Shown here: one piece after another, positions 51,451 to 64,000 of the stretch
Position numbering within the stretch: the first letter of the stretch is position 1
Layout: each line of letters starts with the position of its first letter
Source: Heptranchias perlo
Taxonomy: Eukaryota
DNA length: 64,000 bases
Reading direction: 5' to 3'
Assembly (NCBI RefSeq): GCF_035084215.1
Contig: NC_090326.1
Coordinates: 54,002,001 to 54,066,000, forward strand
Position numbers and translations under genes: made by a program
The notes under the pieces: generated by a model
The model's input: the letters and a program-made list of their open reading frames with translations, nothing else
Database searches by the model: none
What the model was told of the DNA's origin: nothing

Positions 51451-51916
51451 ATAGATGATCCTGCTCTGAAAAAAAATCTGTTTGTAAGCATACCCTGTGA
51501 AATTTGAATTCCTAGGAACTGAAACAGTAACTATGTTCAGCCACTTGCTTCTCCTCATTCATGTAGTGTGGTTCACCCTGTGTTCCCCCCCTCAAACTCA
51601 CTAGCTACATTTGGTGGGGCGTGGGCAGTAGTGCTTTTGATTGGCAGAAGCAGAGATGGTGATGTAGAGAACGGCGACACGCGGGGTTGCTCAGTGACTC
51701 TGTTCTTCTATTGCTGGGAAATGGAAGAGAACAAAAGGGGCAATTCCATGATCTCACTCTCTCAGCAGGAAACTGTGTTCAAAGGCGATGTGGGCCAGAG
51801 ATAGGCCTATAATGTGGTTGTGCTGATTCTGCAAACCATGCTCCATGTAAGCATGGCTTCCCGCTGGGAGAATGAAATGGCAGATTAATCCCTAAAATGT
51901 CAAAAACATGTCTTAA

Positions 51917-52530
51917 ATCATAGAATCGTTGAATCATAGAAAGTTATGGCACAGAAGGAGGCCATTCGAGCCCATCATGTCCGTTCCAGCCGATAAAGAG
52001 CTATCCAGCTTAATCCCACTTTCCAGCACTTGGTCCGTAGCCCTGTAGGTTACAGCACTTCAAGTGCACATCCAAGTACTTTTTAAAAGAGTTGAGGGTT
52101 TCTGCCGATACCACCCTTTCAGGCAGTGAGTTCCAGACCCCCACCACCCTCTGGGTGAAAAAAATTCTCCTTAGCTCCTCTCTAACCCTTCTACCAATTA
52201 CTTTAAATCTATGCCCCCTGTCACTGACCCCTCTGCTAAGGGAAATAGGTCCTCCCTATCCACTCTATCTAGTTCCGTCATAATTTTATATGCCTCAATT
52301 AAATCTCCCCTCAGCCTCCTTTGTTCCAAAGAAAACAACCCCAGCCTATCCAATCTTTTCTCATAGTAAAATTCTCCAGTCCTGGCAACATCCTTGTAAA
52401 TCTCCTCTGTACCCTCTCTAGTGCAATCACATCTTTCCTGTAAAGTGGTGACCAGAATTGTATGCAGTACTCAAGCTGTGGCCTAACCAATGTTTTATAC
52501 AGTTCGAGCATAACCTCCCTGCTCTTGTAT
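51917..52530 (-). mobile_element. CR1 3' fragment
   Basis: ORF 52311-52511 LYKTLVRPQLEYCIQFWSP; ATCATAGA tail. Confidence 0.92.
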
Positions 52531-52771
52531 ACAGAGATGCTTAAGATGCTTATATATAATAAGCAACTTTAAGTACTATTTGCCTTGTATGACACTTTAA
52601 GTGATTCTCCTCAAGTTCTGTATGTGAGACAGGCACTCAGTAGGACATTACAGGTATAATTTCCCAAATTTGTAAATTCATGTGCGAGTTTAGTCAGAAA
52701 ATGCATGCCCAACATGCACCTGAACATCCAATATGTGCTTCTGGCGGGAGAGGCTTCTGATATTATGGTAC

Positions 52772-52972
52772 TACAACAACAACGTGCATTTATATAGCCT
52801 CTTTCATGTAAGAAAATTTCCAAGGCGCTTCAGAGAAGCGTAATCGACAAAAATTGACACCGGGTCAAAGGAGGAGATGTTTGGAGTGGTCAAATAGATA
52901 AATTTTAAGGATGCTCTTAAAGGAAAAGAGTGAGGGGGAGAGGTTCTGAGAGGGAATTCCAGAGTTTGGGGC
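52772..52972 (-). mobile_element. L2 LINE 3' end
   Basis: (CAA)n tail and reverse complement of the 40235-40475 element. Confidence 0.7.
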
Positions 52973-53305
52973 CTTTTTTTTATTCGTTCATGGGATGTGG
53001 GCATCGCTGGCGAGGCCAGCATTTATTGCCCATCCCTAATTGCACTTGAGAAGGTGGTGGTGAGCCGCCTTTTTGAACCGCTGCAGTCCGTGTGGTGAAG
53101 GTTCTCCCACAATGCTGTTAGGAAGGGAGTTCCAGGATTTTGACCCAGCGACGATGAAGGAACGGTGATATATTTCCAAGTCAGGATGGCGTGTGACTTG
53201 GAGGGAAACGTGCAGGTGGTTTTGTTCCTATGTACCTGCTGCTCTTGTCCTTCTAAGTGGTAGAGATCGCGGGTTTGGGACGTGCTGTCGAAAAAGCCTA
53301 GGCAA
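52973..53305 (-). mobile_element. CR1-Zenon-like LINE 3' end
   Basis: Close match to 45039-45370. Confidence 0.9.
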
Positions 53306-53925
53306 GAGGTGGGTCTCACAGACAACATAAGCTCAGAGAAACTATTCATGAGCTTGGGGGAAGCCTCAGGTTTCACTGTTCCTCTACTCCCTTGATGCTA
53401 TCCTGGATAATGATGTCAAGGGTAGCCTCTGCAAAGGAGTGAACTGTTGCAGACCACCACCTGTACATATCTGTACCCATTATCAAAGGCTACTTTTGTC
53501 AGACATTTGCGGAGTTTCATGGGCATAGTGTATGCTACAAATTGAAGATGTGTATTGCTTGTGTGAAGCCCCTTTAACAATTGTTGTTGTGCATACATGT
53601 TGCCACATACACTTCCTAATTATAACAACATCAACTTTTATTTATGTAGCACCTTAAATGTACAAAAACACCCCAAGGCTGTTCACTATACCGTACGTCA
53701 TAAGTGTCCTCATTCAAACAAAAGTTTCCTTACCCAAGTTCCATTATATTGTTGCTACACTGGATAATCTCCTCCTATTGCTTCACATCTCCCAGCATGA
53801 AAGGATTAAACTGTTGACAGAGATGACTTTCTTGCATGTCAGCTTGTAGAAGGTGCTTCTCATGCATGACAGTATTGTTAGTTTAGCTTAGTTGTTTTTC
53901 TCAAGCCAAATATCTTTTTCCTATA

Positions 53926-55398
53926 GGGCCGGATTTTGCTGAGAGCAGCGAATGAACAGCACCAACCATTAATTAGACTTACACTTGCCCATAGACTTTT
54001 TATAGGGTTTTGCAAGGCAAGTTGCTGTCAATGGGACAGCCAAACAGCGTGGGGCCCTCTACAGAGCATCTGGGACCTGTGTGAATAGGGCAAGCAACTA
54101 TGTATCTCCTTAACCAACCAGATTGAAGCATCGTTAATGAACAGAGCAGAGACTGTACCAGGAAGTGTAAGTTAGAATAGTGAATTCAATGTTAAATCAG
54201 GTACAAGAAGTGAAATAAAGAGAGGGAAAGAAAGGTTGGATTAAGAGAAATAGGAACAGGAGTAGGCCATACGGTCCCTCAAGCCTGACAGAGATAAGAG
54301 AGACAAAAAGAAAAAGTTTTTTAAAAAATTATTATTTTTTTTAAATGTCCAACAATAATTAAAAGCTGAAGGAATGAGACTCCATACTTGTAAAAGTTAA
54401 TTTTCAATGCCAGAGAGGTTGTTTGGCAGTAATTAAGACTTAACACATCGTTCTGGTCACCCTATTATAGAAAGGATATTATTAAACTAGAAAGAGTGCA
54501 GAAAAGATTTACTAGGATGCTACCGGGACTTGATGGTTTGACTTATAGGGAGAGGTTAGAGTCATAGAGTCATAGAGTTATACAGCACGGATAGAGGCCC
54601 TTCGGCCCATCGTGTCCGCACCGGCCATCAAGCCCTGTCTACTCTAATCCCATATTCCAGCATTTGGTCCGTAGCCTTGTATAGGTTGGATAGACTGAGA
54701 CTTTTTTCCCTGGAGAGTAGGAGGTTTAGGGGTGATCTTATAGAGGTCTATAAAATAATGAGGGGCATAGATAAGGTAGATAGTCAAAATCTTTTCCCAA
54801 AGGTAGGGGAGTCTATAACGAGGGGGCATAGATTTAAGGTGAGAGGGGAGAGATACAAAAGGGTCCAGAGGGGCAATTTTTTCACTCAAAGGGTGGTGAG
54901 TGTCTGGAACGAGCTGTCAGAGGCAGTAGTAGAGGCGGGTACAATTTTGTCTTTTAAAAAGCATTTGGACAGTTACATGGGTAAGATGGGTATAGAGGGA
55001 TATGGGCCAAGTGCAGGCAATTGGGACTAGCTTAGTGGTATAAACTGGGCGACATGGACATGTTGGGCCGAAGGGCCTGTTTCCATGTTGTAAACTTCTA
55101 TGATTCTATGATTCTAAATGGGTACTTGCACTGGAATGGACATTTATGGCGAGTTTAGTCTGTATCTATGAGATAAGTACAGGAACTTCACATTGTTCGA
55201 TACATTGGAATGGTGAGTCAGAGGGCGAGGTGCCGATATCGCACAGCTTTTAGAGGAGCAGCACATCTCGGCCAGCAACTTCCCGATTTTCGCATTTAAC
55301 TGAGTATTTACGTTTGCTGGAAGTTGCTGTCTGATCTGCACATCAATGAAGGTGAGCGCTGTTAGCATCACCGTTATGTTTACAGCAAAATCCGGCCC
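53926..55398. mobile_element. Harbinger-type MITE carrying nested CR1 insertions
   Basis: Perfect 16-bp TIR GGGCCGGATTTTGCTG / CAGCAAAATCCGGCCC. Confidence 0.8.
54451..55115 (+). mobile_element. Young CR1 3' fragment with a second CR1 tail inserted (-, 54558-54682)
   Basis: Outer part nearly identical to 49387-49920; inner part is the reverse complement of about 8150-8270, flanked by AGGTT (54553-54557, 54683-54687). Confidence 0.92.
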
Positions 55399-55554
55399 AA
55401 TATCTTTTCAGGCTCTTTGGGTTCCAGACACAGTACTAAGCCTCACTGCAGCCTCCTCCTGTGCCTGCTGCACTAAATGCTTCAAGGGGCGGTGGTCATC
55501 AATCCTTTAAAGTCTATCTTGGATGTTGGAGAGGCCGTGTAGCATCAAAACAAT

Positions 55555-57249
55555 GGGCGCTAAATTGGGCCGTGTAGCGCCCATTGTTTTGGTGCTACAT
55601 GGCCTCTCTGACATCCAAGATGGCGTTTTGGATGTGCACGCACGTTTCCAGCGTGACGTGCGCCGGACGCCATGTTAGTATAGGAGTTTGTGCAGGTGCA
55701 GATAACAAACGCTGGAATCATGTAAAGTAGGGAGAAAATGGCTTCAATCAGTGTGCTATGCTGATTTAAAGTGATAGGCACCATTTTGGGACTTAACGCT
55801 CAACTCAACGCACAGTCTTAACTCCGACCATATGAATGTGTCTTAGAGTGCCTGGAGGACCCCCACCAGTGCTATTTAAAGGGACCATGCAGGATTTATA
55901 GGTTAGTGGCTGGATTATTGCTTCTGTCTGCCGAGACATTTGTAACTGTTTTGGAGGTCTCCTACACTTGAATACTAGGATGTGGGGACATAGCCTAACA
56001 TTTAGAGCCAGGACGTGCAGGAGTGAAGTTAGGAAATGCTACTACACACACAGGGTGGGAGATGTTTGGAATGCTCTTCTGCAGATGGCAGTTGATGCTA
56101 GCTCAATTGTGAATATTAAATCTGAGATTGATAGATTTCTGTGAACCAAGGTTATTAAGGGATATGGGGTTAAGGTGGGTATAGGGAGTTAGGTCAAAGG
56201 TCCACCATGATCTCACTGAATGTCGGAACAGGCTCAAGGGGCTAAATGCCACTGCCACTTGCTGCCTTCTGTTATGCGCCATCTTCTCCTGCAAGAAAGC
56301 GGGACGTGTGCCTGGGTGATGATTGAATAGCTGCCAGTGTGTGGGACCTGTGAGTTGTGGGTGGGCGGCTTGAAACAGTGGTAATGTGTAAGGATGCGAG
56401 GAAGCATCTGGTTGGAAGAGTTGAGTACTGATGGAAAGAGTTTGTTGGTATGTGGGTGATGGGGGGTGTAGTGAGTGGTGCAGTTGGTAGGAGACGCCAC
56501 TTGACAGTTGACCTCACTCACCTTGACCACTCATGTCAAAGCATTGAACTTCTTCCTGCACTGCATCCATGTTCATGATGCTGTGCCCCTGGCATTGACT
56601 TCATCCCCCGTTGCTTCCCACTGCCTTTTTTATATATGTCTGGAGGGCTTCTTGCCCTCACCACCACCGCAACCCCCGCCCCCCCCCCCCCCCCCCGGCG
56701 GATATAGGCTGTCCCTCCTTCTGTCCACCTCTTGCACCAAAGTCTGTAATGCATCAGCAGAGAACCTTGGTGCATGCACTCTTGCAGGCCTGGTACCAAC
56801 TCAGATCAGCAGATTGGTGAGGTCTGGTGTGCAGATTGGAGGATGTGGGATTTAGTAGTGCGCAACCTTTATTCAATGTTTTACTATAACTCATCAGTGT
56901 TTAAACATAGGGATGGGACCTGCATTTGTGTTTTACGTGTGCGATGTCTGATCTCTGTTCAGACTCCATGCAGACAGTAGACTGTTATTTTCAGCGAATA
57001 ACAGGTACCAGCTACCTTTAAGAGATTTCTGAGAGATATCCTCCCTTGAAGAGATTGAGCTCCCCCTCGTGGTGGAAAATGCGAATTGCATTAATTCCAC
57101 GTGCAAGGCCTGGAAAGGAACGCTGATTGCAGGTGAGTCTTCAGGCCAGCCGAAACTTGCATCCTGCCTGTGGAGGGGCCACTGGGCACGGGGTAATGGT
57201 GCATCACGCTACCTGTGCCGAAAAACGGCCCTTATCCAATTTTTCCACC
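55555..57249 (-). mobile_element. Non-autonomous Harbinger with Myb/SANT exon remnants
   Basis: Ends GGGCGCTAAATTGG / CCAATTTTTCCACC; 56510-56790 reverse reads APRFSADALQTLVQEVDRRRD...WEATGDEVNA...QCRKKFNAL with stops; CR1 fragment inside. Confidence 0.75.
55975..56275 (+). mobile_element. CR1 3' fragment
   Basis: ACTAGGATGTGGGGACATAG...TGGAATGCTCTT...AAGGGATATGGG 3' end pattern. Confidence 0.75.
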
Positions 57250-57696
57250 TACCTCTCTGCTTCCTTTTAGCAACTAGCCAATGATCTTCCCTTTCCTCCA
57301 TGTGAAAGACTCCATTATTCAGGTAAATAAGTATCCTGGGCCTCCTTACATTACTTCAGGGCTTTAAATCGCTGCTTAATGCACTTAACAAGGGTTAGTC
57401 ACTAGTATTGATTTTGCCTGCTGTATGGGTGTTAAAGCATTCACTTTACCATACCTCCATAAAACAGAAAAATCAGGGATAAATAAGTGTATTTGTAACA
57501 TTCAAAAAGCTTAATCAATATTCAGTTACCCTTGATTATTGGATATAAGTGTAATTTCCATACTTATGTCTGTGATCCACTTTTACTTCCAAAGCTACTT
57601 TTTGATCATTAATCTACGATTAACATTTGGCCAGAAATTCAGATCCTTGTTTATTGGTTATTTGAGCCAATCGTTAACTTTTGCTTACAGAGGTGT

Positions 57697-58419
57697 GGGC
57701 TCCGATATTTACGGGGAGGTGGGGAGGGAACATGGGAGCGTGTTTCCGGGGGGAAACACAGAAATCCCGGGGATACGGAGGACCTGCCAAATTTAACGGC
57801 AGGACCTCATTATCATTTTTTAATCCACTTCCCGCCTGGCAGCAGGTCAGATTGAGCAGTAGAAGGCCGCAGCCGGGGACTCTTGTGGACAGAACCCAAC
57901 AATCGGCAAAGATCGAGGGTTGAAGGCGGTGGGGGAGGGGAGGGGAGGGGGTCGTCCTGGCAATCGGGAGGGAGGGAAAGATCACAGGTTGAGTGGGGGG
58001 GGGGGGTCAGCCGATCGCGGCAGCGAGAAGAGGCTGCGATCAGCAGACGGTTTACTTGAGGGGCCGGGGGGAGCACTCCTGCTCCTCCTGGCTCACAAGG
58101 AGTGCTCTAAAAAGTACTCACCTGCTCGATCAGGCTGCTCCTGTCTCCATTTTGCTCCTGGGTTTCCCGAGCCCTGGGAAACCCGGCCGGCAACCATTAA
58201 ATTTAAATCAGGCTCCAACTGCAAAGTGTGAGCCTGATTAAAATATTATAATGAAGTGTCCCGCCTCTCGAGAGCAGGACACTGACACGCCACACAACCC
58301 ACCGACATAAAAATGGCGGCAGGGGCGTACGCGGAGGGTTGGGGTCGTGTTACACAATTTTACATTTTTAAACCCCATCCCGACCCTCCCCCACCCGCCG
58401 TGGGGGGTTAATATGAACC
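57697..58419. mobile_element. GC-rich Harbinger-type MITE
   Basis: GGGCTCCGATATTTA / TTAATATGAACC ends; interior shares motifs with 40794-41337. Confidence 0.5.
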
Positions 58420-58536
58420 TCATGATGTCCCAAGGTGTGATGCCCTGAAATGTGACACTTCTGAGGTGTGACATCTTTGAAAGCTGTGATGTGACAGACA
58501 CACATCAGGTACAAGACTGTTAATTATTTTCATAAA

Positions 58537-58735
58537 GGGCCTAGATTTTCCTCTTCAGGATAATAAGAGCTTAGCACTACTTACATCCTTTACCGCAAAA
58601 TTGAACACAAACTGCTCCTGATTTCCTTCCCATTAAAATAAAAGAAAACCTGAGCAGCCTGTGTCTAATTTTGCGACAAGGGCTTTTTCCTCACCAAGCT
58701 CTTAAACCTGAGTGCTGAAGAGGAAGATCTACCTC
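58537..58735. mobile_element. Short MITE
   Basis: TAGATTTTCCTCTTCAG / CTGAAGAGGAAGATCTA inverted ends and further internal inverted matches (AAGAGCTT, GCAAAATT). Confidence 0.6.
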
Positions 58736-59644
58736 ACAATAAATACTTACAACAGAATAGATGGATATGGACAAAACATTTTAATTTAACATGCTTGCCT
58801 TTAACAGCATTGATTCTACCTGTATTGACAATGAATACATTCAGACTTGTGCCCTCTTTGTATTGTCAACTCCACATGATTGTATTTGTTTTGGGTCAAG
58901 ATGGTTCGAGCTGAATGTGATCTCTTAGGATTTATACTGACAGATGCCCCCGACTCAGATTATGCGTTGAAAGGTATTCAATTACCGACTCAATGTTTGT
59001 TTTGACAGCTTTTTCCTAGGTTACACTTGTATAGAGATTCACATCAGGCTCTTTATACCAGTCTGATGTGAATCTGACTTTTAGTGCAGGGTGAGGCATT
59101 GTGAGAGTTTTTAATCTGTTCTGTGGAGTAGATAACTGAGCACCATTTATGTTGGATTTACTGAAGTGCATTAGCTACCAATTTGCAGCTGCAGTTTAAA
59201 TGGGGCTCAGGGAAGGTTTTCACAGATCATGGTATTTGCTTTTGCTTAGATCGAGTTTGTAAATGTTTAGATTTGCTTGTATTTTCATGCTGGACTTTTC
59301 AAAGAAAAGAAGCAATTAACAAAGTGTTTGACAAGAGGCACACACCACGTTTAACACATACAAACAAAGGTGGACATCAAGGGGGTAAAATTACTGAAAA
59401 GTTAATCTGTTTTTTTTTCTTTTTTATTGCATTACCAGCAAATGCACAACTTTACTTTCGGCATTTGTTGGAAGCTCAGATATGTTCGGGTAAGCTAAAA
59501 TTACCCCACAACTGAGTGGCCAATCAGAAAGCAGCTGAAATGACACTCCTCAACCAGCTAAACCAATGTAGAAATGGTATAAATCAAGCATTGTCTGTCA
59601 ATCAAGCTGTGAGTTCACATTTCTTGAGTGAAATGGTTAAAAAT

Positions 59645-61137
59645 ATTGGTTGGAAAATTGGGCAGGCTGCATAACAGGTGCACACTTCAAGAAGGGAGGG
59701 AAAGAGAAAACAGGGAACTACAGGCCAGTTAGCCTGACATCGGTCGTCGGGAAAATGCTGGAATCCATTATTAATGAAGTGGTAACAGGGCACTTAAAAA
59801 ATCATAACATGATTAGGCAGAGTCAACATAGTTCTATGAAAGGAAAATCGTGTTCGACAAATTTATTAGAGTTTTTTGAGGATATAACTGGCAGGGTAAA
59901 TAAAGGGGAACCAATGGATGTAATATATTTGGATTTTCAAAAGACATTCAATAAGGTGCCACATAAAAGGTTGTTACACAAGATAAGGGCTCATGGGGTT
60001 GGGGGTAATATATTAGCATGGATAGAAAATTGGTTAAAGGTCAGAAAACAGAGAGTAGGGATAAATGGATCATTCTCAGTGGGGTGCTGTAACTCTCAGT
60101 GAGGTGGGGTAACTAGTGGGGTGCTGCAAGGATCGGTGCTTGGGCCTCAGCTATTTACAATCTATATTAGTGACTTAGATGAAGGGACCAAGTGTAATGT
60201 ATCCAAGTTTGCTGATGATACAAAACTAGGTGGGAAAGTAAGCTGTGAGGAGGACACAAAGAGCCTGCAAAGGGATATAGACAGGTTAAGTGAGTGGGCA
60301 AGAAGGTGGCAGACGGAGTATAATGTGGGGAAATGTGAGGTTATTCAATTTGGTAGGAAGAATAGAAAAACAGAATATTTTCAAAATGGGGAGAAGCTAT
60401 TGAATGTTGGTGTTCAGGGAGACTTTGGTGTCCTCGTACAAGAAACACAAAAAGATAGTATGCAGGTAGAGCAGGCAATTAGGAAAGCAGATGGCATGTT
60501 GGCCTTTATTGCAAGGGGGTTGGAGTACAAGACTAAGGAAGTCTTACTACAGTTGTACAGGGCCTTAGTGAGACCTCACCTGGAGTACTACGTACTGTTT
60601 TGGTCTCCTTATCTAAGGAAGGATATACTTGTCTTGGAGACAGTGCAACAAATCACTGGATTAATTCCTGGGATGAGAGGGTTGTCCTATGAAGAGAGGA
60701 TGAGTAGAATGGGCCTATACTCTCTGGAGTTTAGAAGAATGAGAGGTGATCTCATTGAAACATATAAGATTATGAGGGGACTTGACAGGGTAGATGCTGA
60801 AAGATTATTTCCCCTGGCTATAGAGTCTAGAGGGGGCATAGTCGCAGGATGAGGGGTCAGCCGTTCAAGACTGAGATGTGGAGGAATTTCTTCATGCAGA
60901 GAGTTGTGAATCTTTGGAATTCTCTACCCCAGAGGGCTGTAGATGCTAAGACATTGAATATATTCAAGGCTGAGAGAGATAGATTTTTGTACTCCAGGGG
61001 AATCAAGGGATATGGGGATCGGGCGGGAAAGTGGAGTTGAGGTCGAAGATCAGCCATGATCTTATTGAATGACGGAGCAGTCTCGAGGGGACGATGGCCT
61101 ACTCCTGCTCCTATTTCTTATGTTCTTATGTTCTATG
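59645..61137 (+). mobile_element. 5'-truncated CR1 LINE with disrupted RT
   Basis: ORFs 59650-60102, 60121-60852 (QGSVLGP, FADDTKL) and 60849-61040; TTCTTATG tail. Confidence 0.95.
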
Positions 61138-63241
61138 CTCCTTTGTTCTGCTATGTGGCTCCTACTTGAGATGCTGTACACCAGGAGTGCAAACACAGAT
61201 AGTTGCCACTTTGGCCCTGAAATTCTGACTGGGGGCAAGACAGAAACCATGGATGGGGGCCAAAAAATGGGGAGAAACCTAGTTCCACCAGGAATTTGTC
61301 CGTTATTTTCAGGTGAACCAATTTTGAAGGGGGATGGGGAAGGTAAATCTTCTTCTGGGTCCCCCTACATGAATGTGACATGCCTGGTGGAATTCCTGAG
61401 CTACCCTTATGTCCTTACAAGCCCTCAACAAGCATGTCCTTACAAGCCCTCAACAGTACTGTCGCCAGCTGAAAGCTTGTGAGAGTTCCACTGACGCCTT
61501 TGGAAAGGCCTCAGACCTCACCATAGGTGATCAGACTTAGGTGATCTATCCCGAAGGGGAAGAGAGGCCCCCATAATTCCTTTGGGATCTGAAGAGTTGT
61601 CTTGCCATTGTAGGAAGAGTGCCAAGTAAACTGCCTGAAGGGTGCCTTTGAGATTCGTTGAGGAAATGCCCTGAAATGTGTCTAAAATTGAGTTTTAGCT
61701 TGAAAGCTGACTACACCAAATGGGGTTCAGCTGTTGAACTGAATGCTGGGAAATGGTTTTAGCCAGCACATGTTCTCAGCTAGTTCAAGTCATGGAAAAG
61801 CCATAAGTTAATTAATGCCATAAAACCTCTAGGTTAATTGCACCAGGAAGATCTATGCCTATACTACAGAAATTCTTTACTGGTATGAGAAGCCATTATC
61901 ACTAGCCTAGGCCTCGAGTGGAACATCTAATGGGACATGAACATGTCACACCTTCTCATTTGTGTGAAAAAACTTTTGAGAAATGCAAGATTGATAGGGA
62001 ATGGGTCATAAAAATTGTAGACACAAAGTATTCTAAATTTAACATCCTTGCGGCCATTTACGGGTCTAAAATGAGTGCAACGATAGCTAAATTTGTAGGC
62101 AGAAGCCCGTGCCCATACCCATGGGCATTCAGGCCACTTCTATATTGGTCAGGATCTTTTTATGGTGGTCCCCGCCACTTAAAATGAGCACAAGTCTCAT
62201 TTCAATATTGAAATGTGGCTCCTGCGCCCATTTCCGACTTGGATTGGTAAATATGTTGACACTATCGGAGCTTGCAATGGTATTTCCAGGTGGTGAGCAC
62301 CTATCAGGTTAATCAGTAGTAGCAGTCAGTAGTAAACAATCTGTAGTAATCTTTGTAGAGTAGAAAACAATCTGTAGTTATGTCTCTTTTTGCCTTTGTA
62401 GAAGTAGCAGTCTCTGTTGTTCACTTAGGTTTTTTTTGTTCTGTAACAAGCTTTACCTAGCAGATGCAGAAAGGTGCCTTTACAGGTACAGCGTATTAAG
62501 GACAGGGAGTAAAATGCTGAGTCAGCTTATGAGGCTGTAACAGCCAGTTATAGACAGAGAACTCTCTGAGATCAGAGAAAGATGAGAGTAATGTCTGCTC
62601 AGATATTGTCGCTCTTGCGTAAGGTGGGTTTAGCCAGAGCCAAAGATCTAAATGGAACAGATAACCCCACTCCCGAAAGGAGGCTCATTGAATCGATGCT
62701 CCAGAAGCTAACGTCTGCATCCCAGGGAAGGAAAGAGTTTTACTCAACTACTTCGCTCATAAAGACAAGGTCATGTAACCTCCGAAACATTGCTAACTAC
62801 CAGTAGCTAGATGATAATCTATCCAATAGACTGGCTATCAAAGCTGTTAACTTACCAGCAATCGAGGGGTTTAATATATAATTAATATTCAGCATCTATT
62901 AATGCTGATTTATAGTGATGCACTGAATTGCCTGCATAACTTTGGCTATTCATTTTGTTAAATAACTCTGTCTCTTAATGATTTGCTGTCCAGACTGCAA
63001 GATAACTCTGAATACATCTACTCATATCTATTAAGCATTCGTCTACCCAACATTAACCTTAAGTAGTGATTTTGTAACCAATAAACAATCTTATAGTGCG
63101 TACTGTTTATCTGACATCCTCCTTGATGATTCAGCAAGCAAGGGCTCCATTCCTATCCCTACCACAAGTACCTCACTTTGTCGTGGTACAATAGGAAGAT
63201 CACAGTGCACTAGTAAATGTAGCACAATGGTGAAAAATTTA

Positions 63242-63703
63242 GGTAGTAGCCATGGCTCAGAAGTAGTTCTCTCATCTCTGAGTCAGAAGATTGTGTGTAC
63301 AATCCCACTCCAGGCACTAGAGCATATAATCTAGTCTGACACTTCAGTGCAGTACTGAGAAAATGCTGCACTGTCAGAGGTGCAGTCTTTCAGATGAGCT
63401 ATTAAAGAATGGCCCTGTCTGCCCTCTCAGGTGGATGTAAAAGATCCCACAACATTATTCGAAGAAGAGCAGGAGAGTACTCCTGGTGTCCTGACCAACA
63501 TTTATCCCTCAACCAACACCTAAAAACAGATAATCTAGTATTTTATCTCTTTGCAGTTTGTGGGTCTTTGCTGTGCATAATTGATGCCACGTTTCCTATG
63601 TTGCAACAGTTCCCACACTTCAAAAGCACTTCATTGGCTGTAAAGGACTTTGAGACATCCTGCGATCGTGAAAAGCACTACATAAATGCAAGTTCTTTCT
63701 TTC
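63242..63703 (+). mobile_element. Full-length Deu-domain SINE
   Basis: Collinear with 47285-47747: TGGCTCAG head, GGTGGATGTAAAAGATCCCA core, ATAAATGCAAGTTCTTTC tail. Confidence 0.88.
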
Positions 63704-64000
63704 AATGGCAAAGCATTTTGGTGAATTGCATTAAACATGTACTATACAGTCACTGTTTCTCATCAAAGTCTGTTTGTCTTTGTGCTGGCAGCTAGCCTAA
63801 TTGTGGAGGGGTTACAAAATCTGGCTAATAGCTCACATTTAAAGGGATGTGCAGCCTTATAGGTAAATAGCCACATATGGGGACAAATATTGTTACAATC
63901 TTTACAAAACTTCAATCAGATTTAAGTATTTATTAGAAGTAGCTGACACTAAGGGGGTGGGGATTGGGGACAAAAAAAATGCTAGGCAAAAGTACAGTGA

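Noticed and set aside
63409-63795. ORFs at 63409-63795 and 47390-47701 as paralogous proteins
   Set aside because: Both are chance frames over the same SINE family.

Overview
Eukaryotic, repeat-dense intergenic or intronic DNA. The repeat content (many CR1 LINE subfamilies, CR1-Zenon-like LINEs, L2 remnants, tRNA-headed Deu-domain SINEs, Penelope-like elements and PIF/Harbinger transposons with many MITE derivatives) points to a cartilaginous fish (shark); this is an inference from repeat content. I can support no intact host protein-coding gene; the recognisable ORFs are decayed transposon ORFs. The most unusual structure is a small non-autonomous Penelope-type family present as three near-perfect palindromes (31492-32229, 31725-31933 nested inside it, and 35733-35967). 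Each has its own target-site duplication (TSD), a one-sided ~35-39 nt tail, and a minimal hammerhead ribozyme in each arm, with compensatory stem changes between copies. Also present: a two-gene Harbinger remnant (22734-26121), a Penelope element inserted in an older Penelope, a solo LTR with a 5-bp TSD, a 21-bp minisatellite, and a few unexplained exon-like or protein-like islands. Most repeat boundaries were read by eye and are approximate unless a TSD or TIR is quoted.
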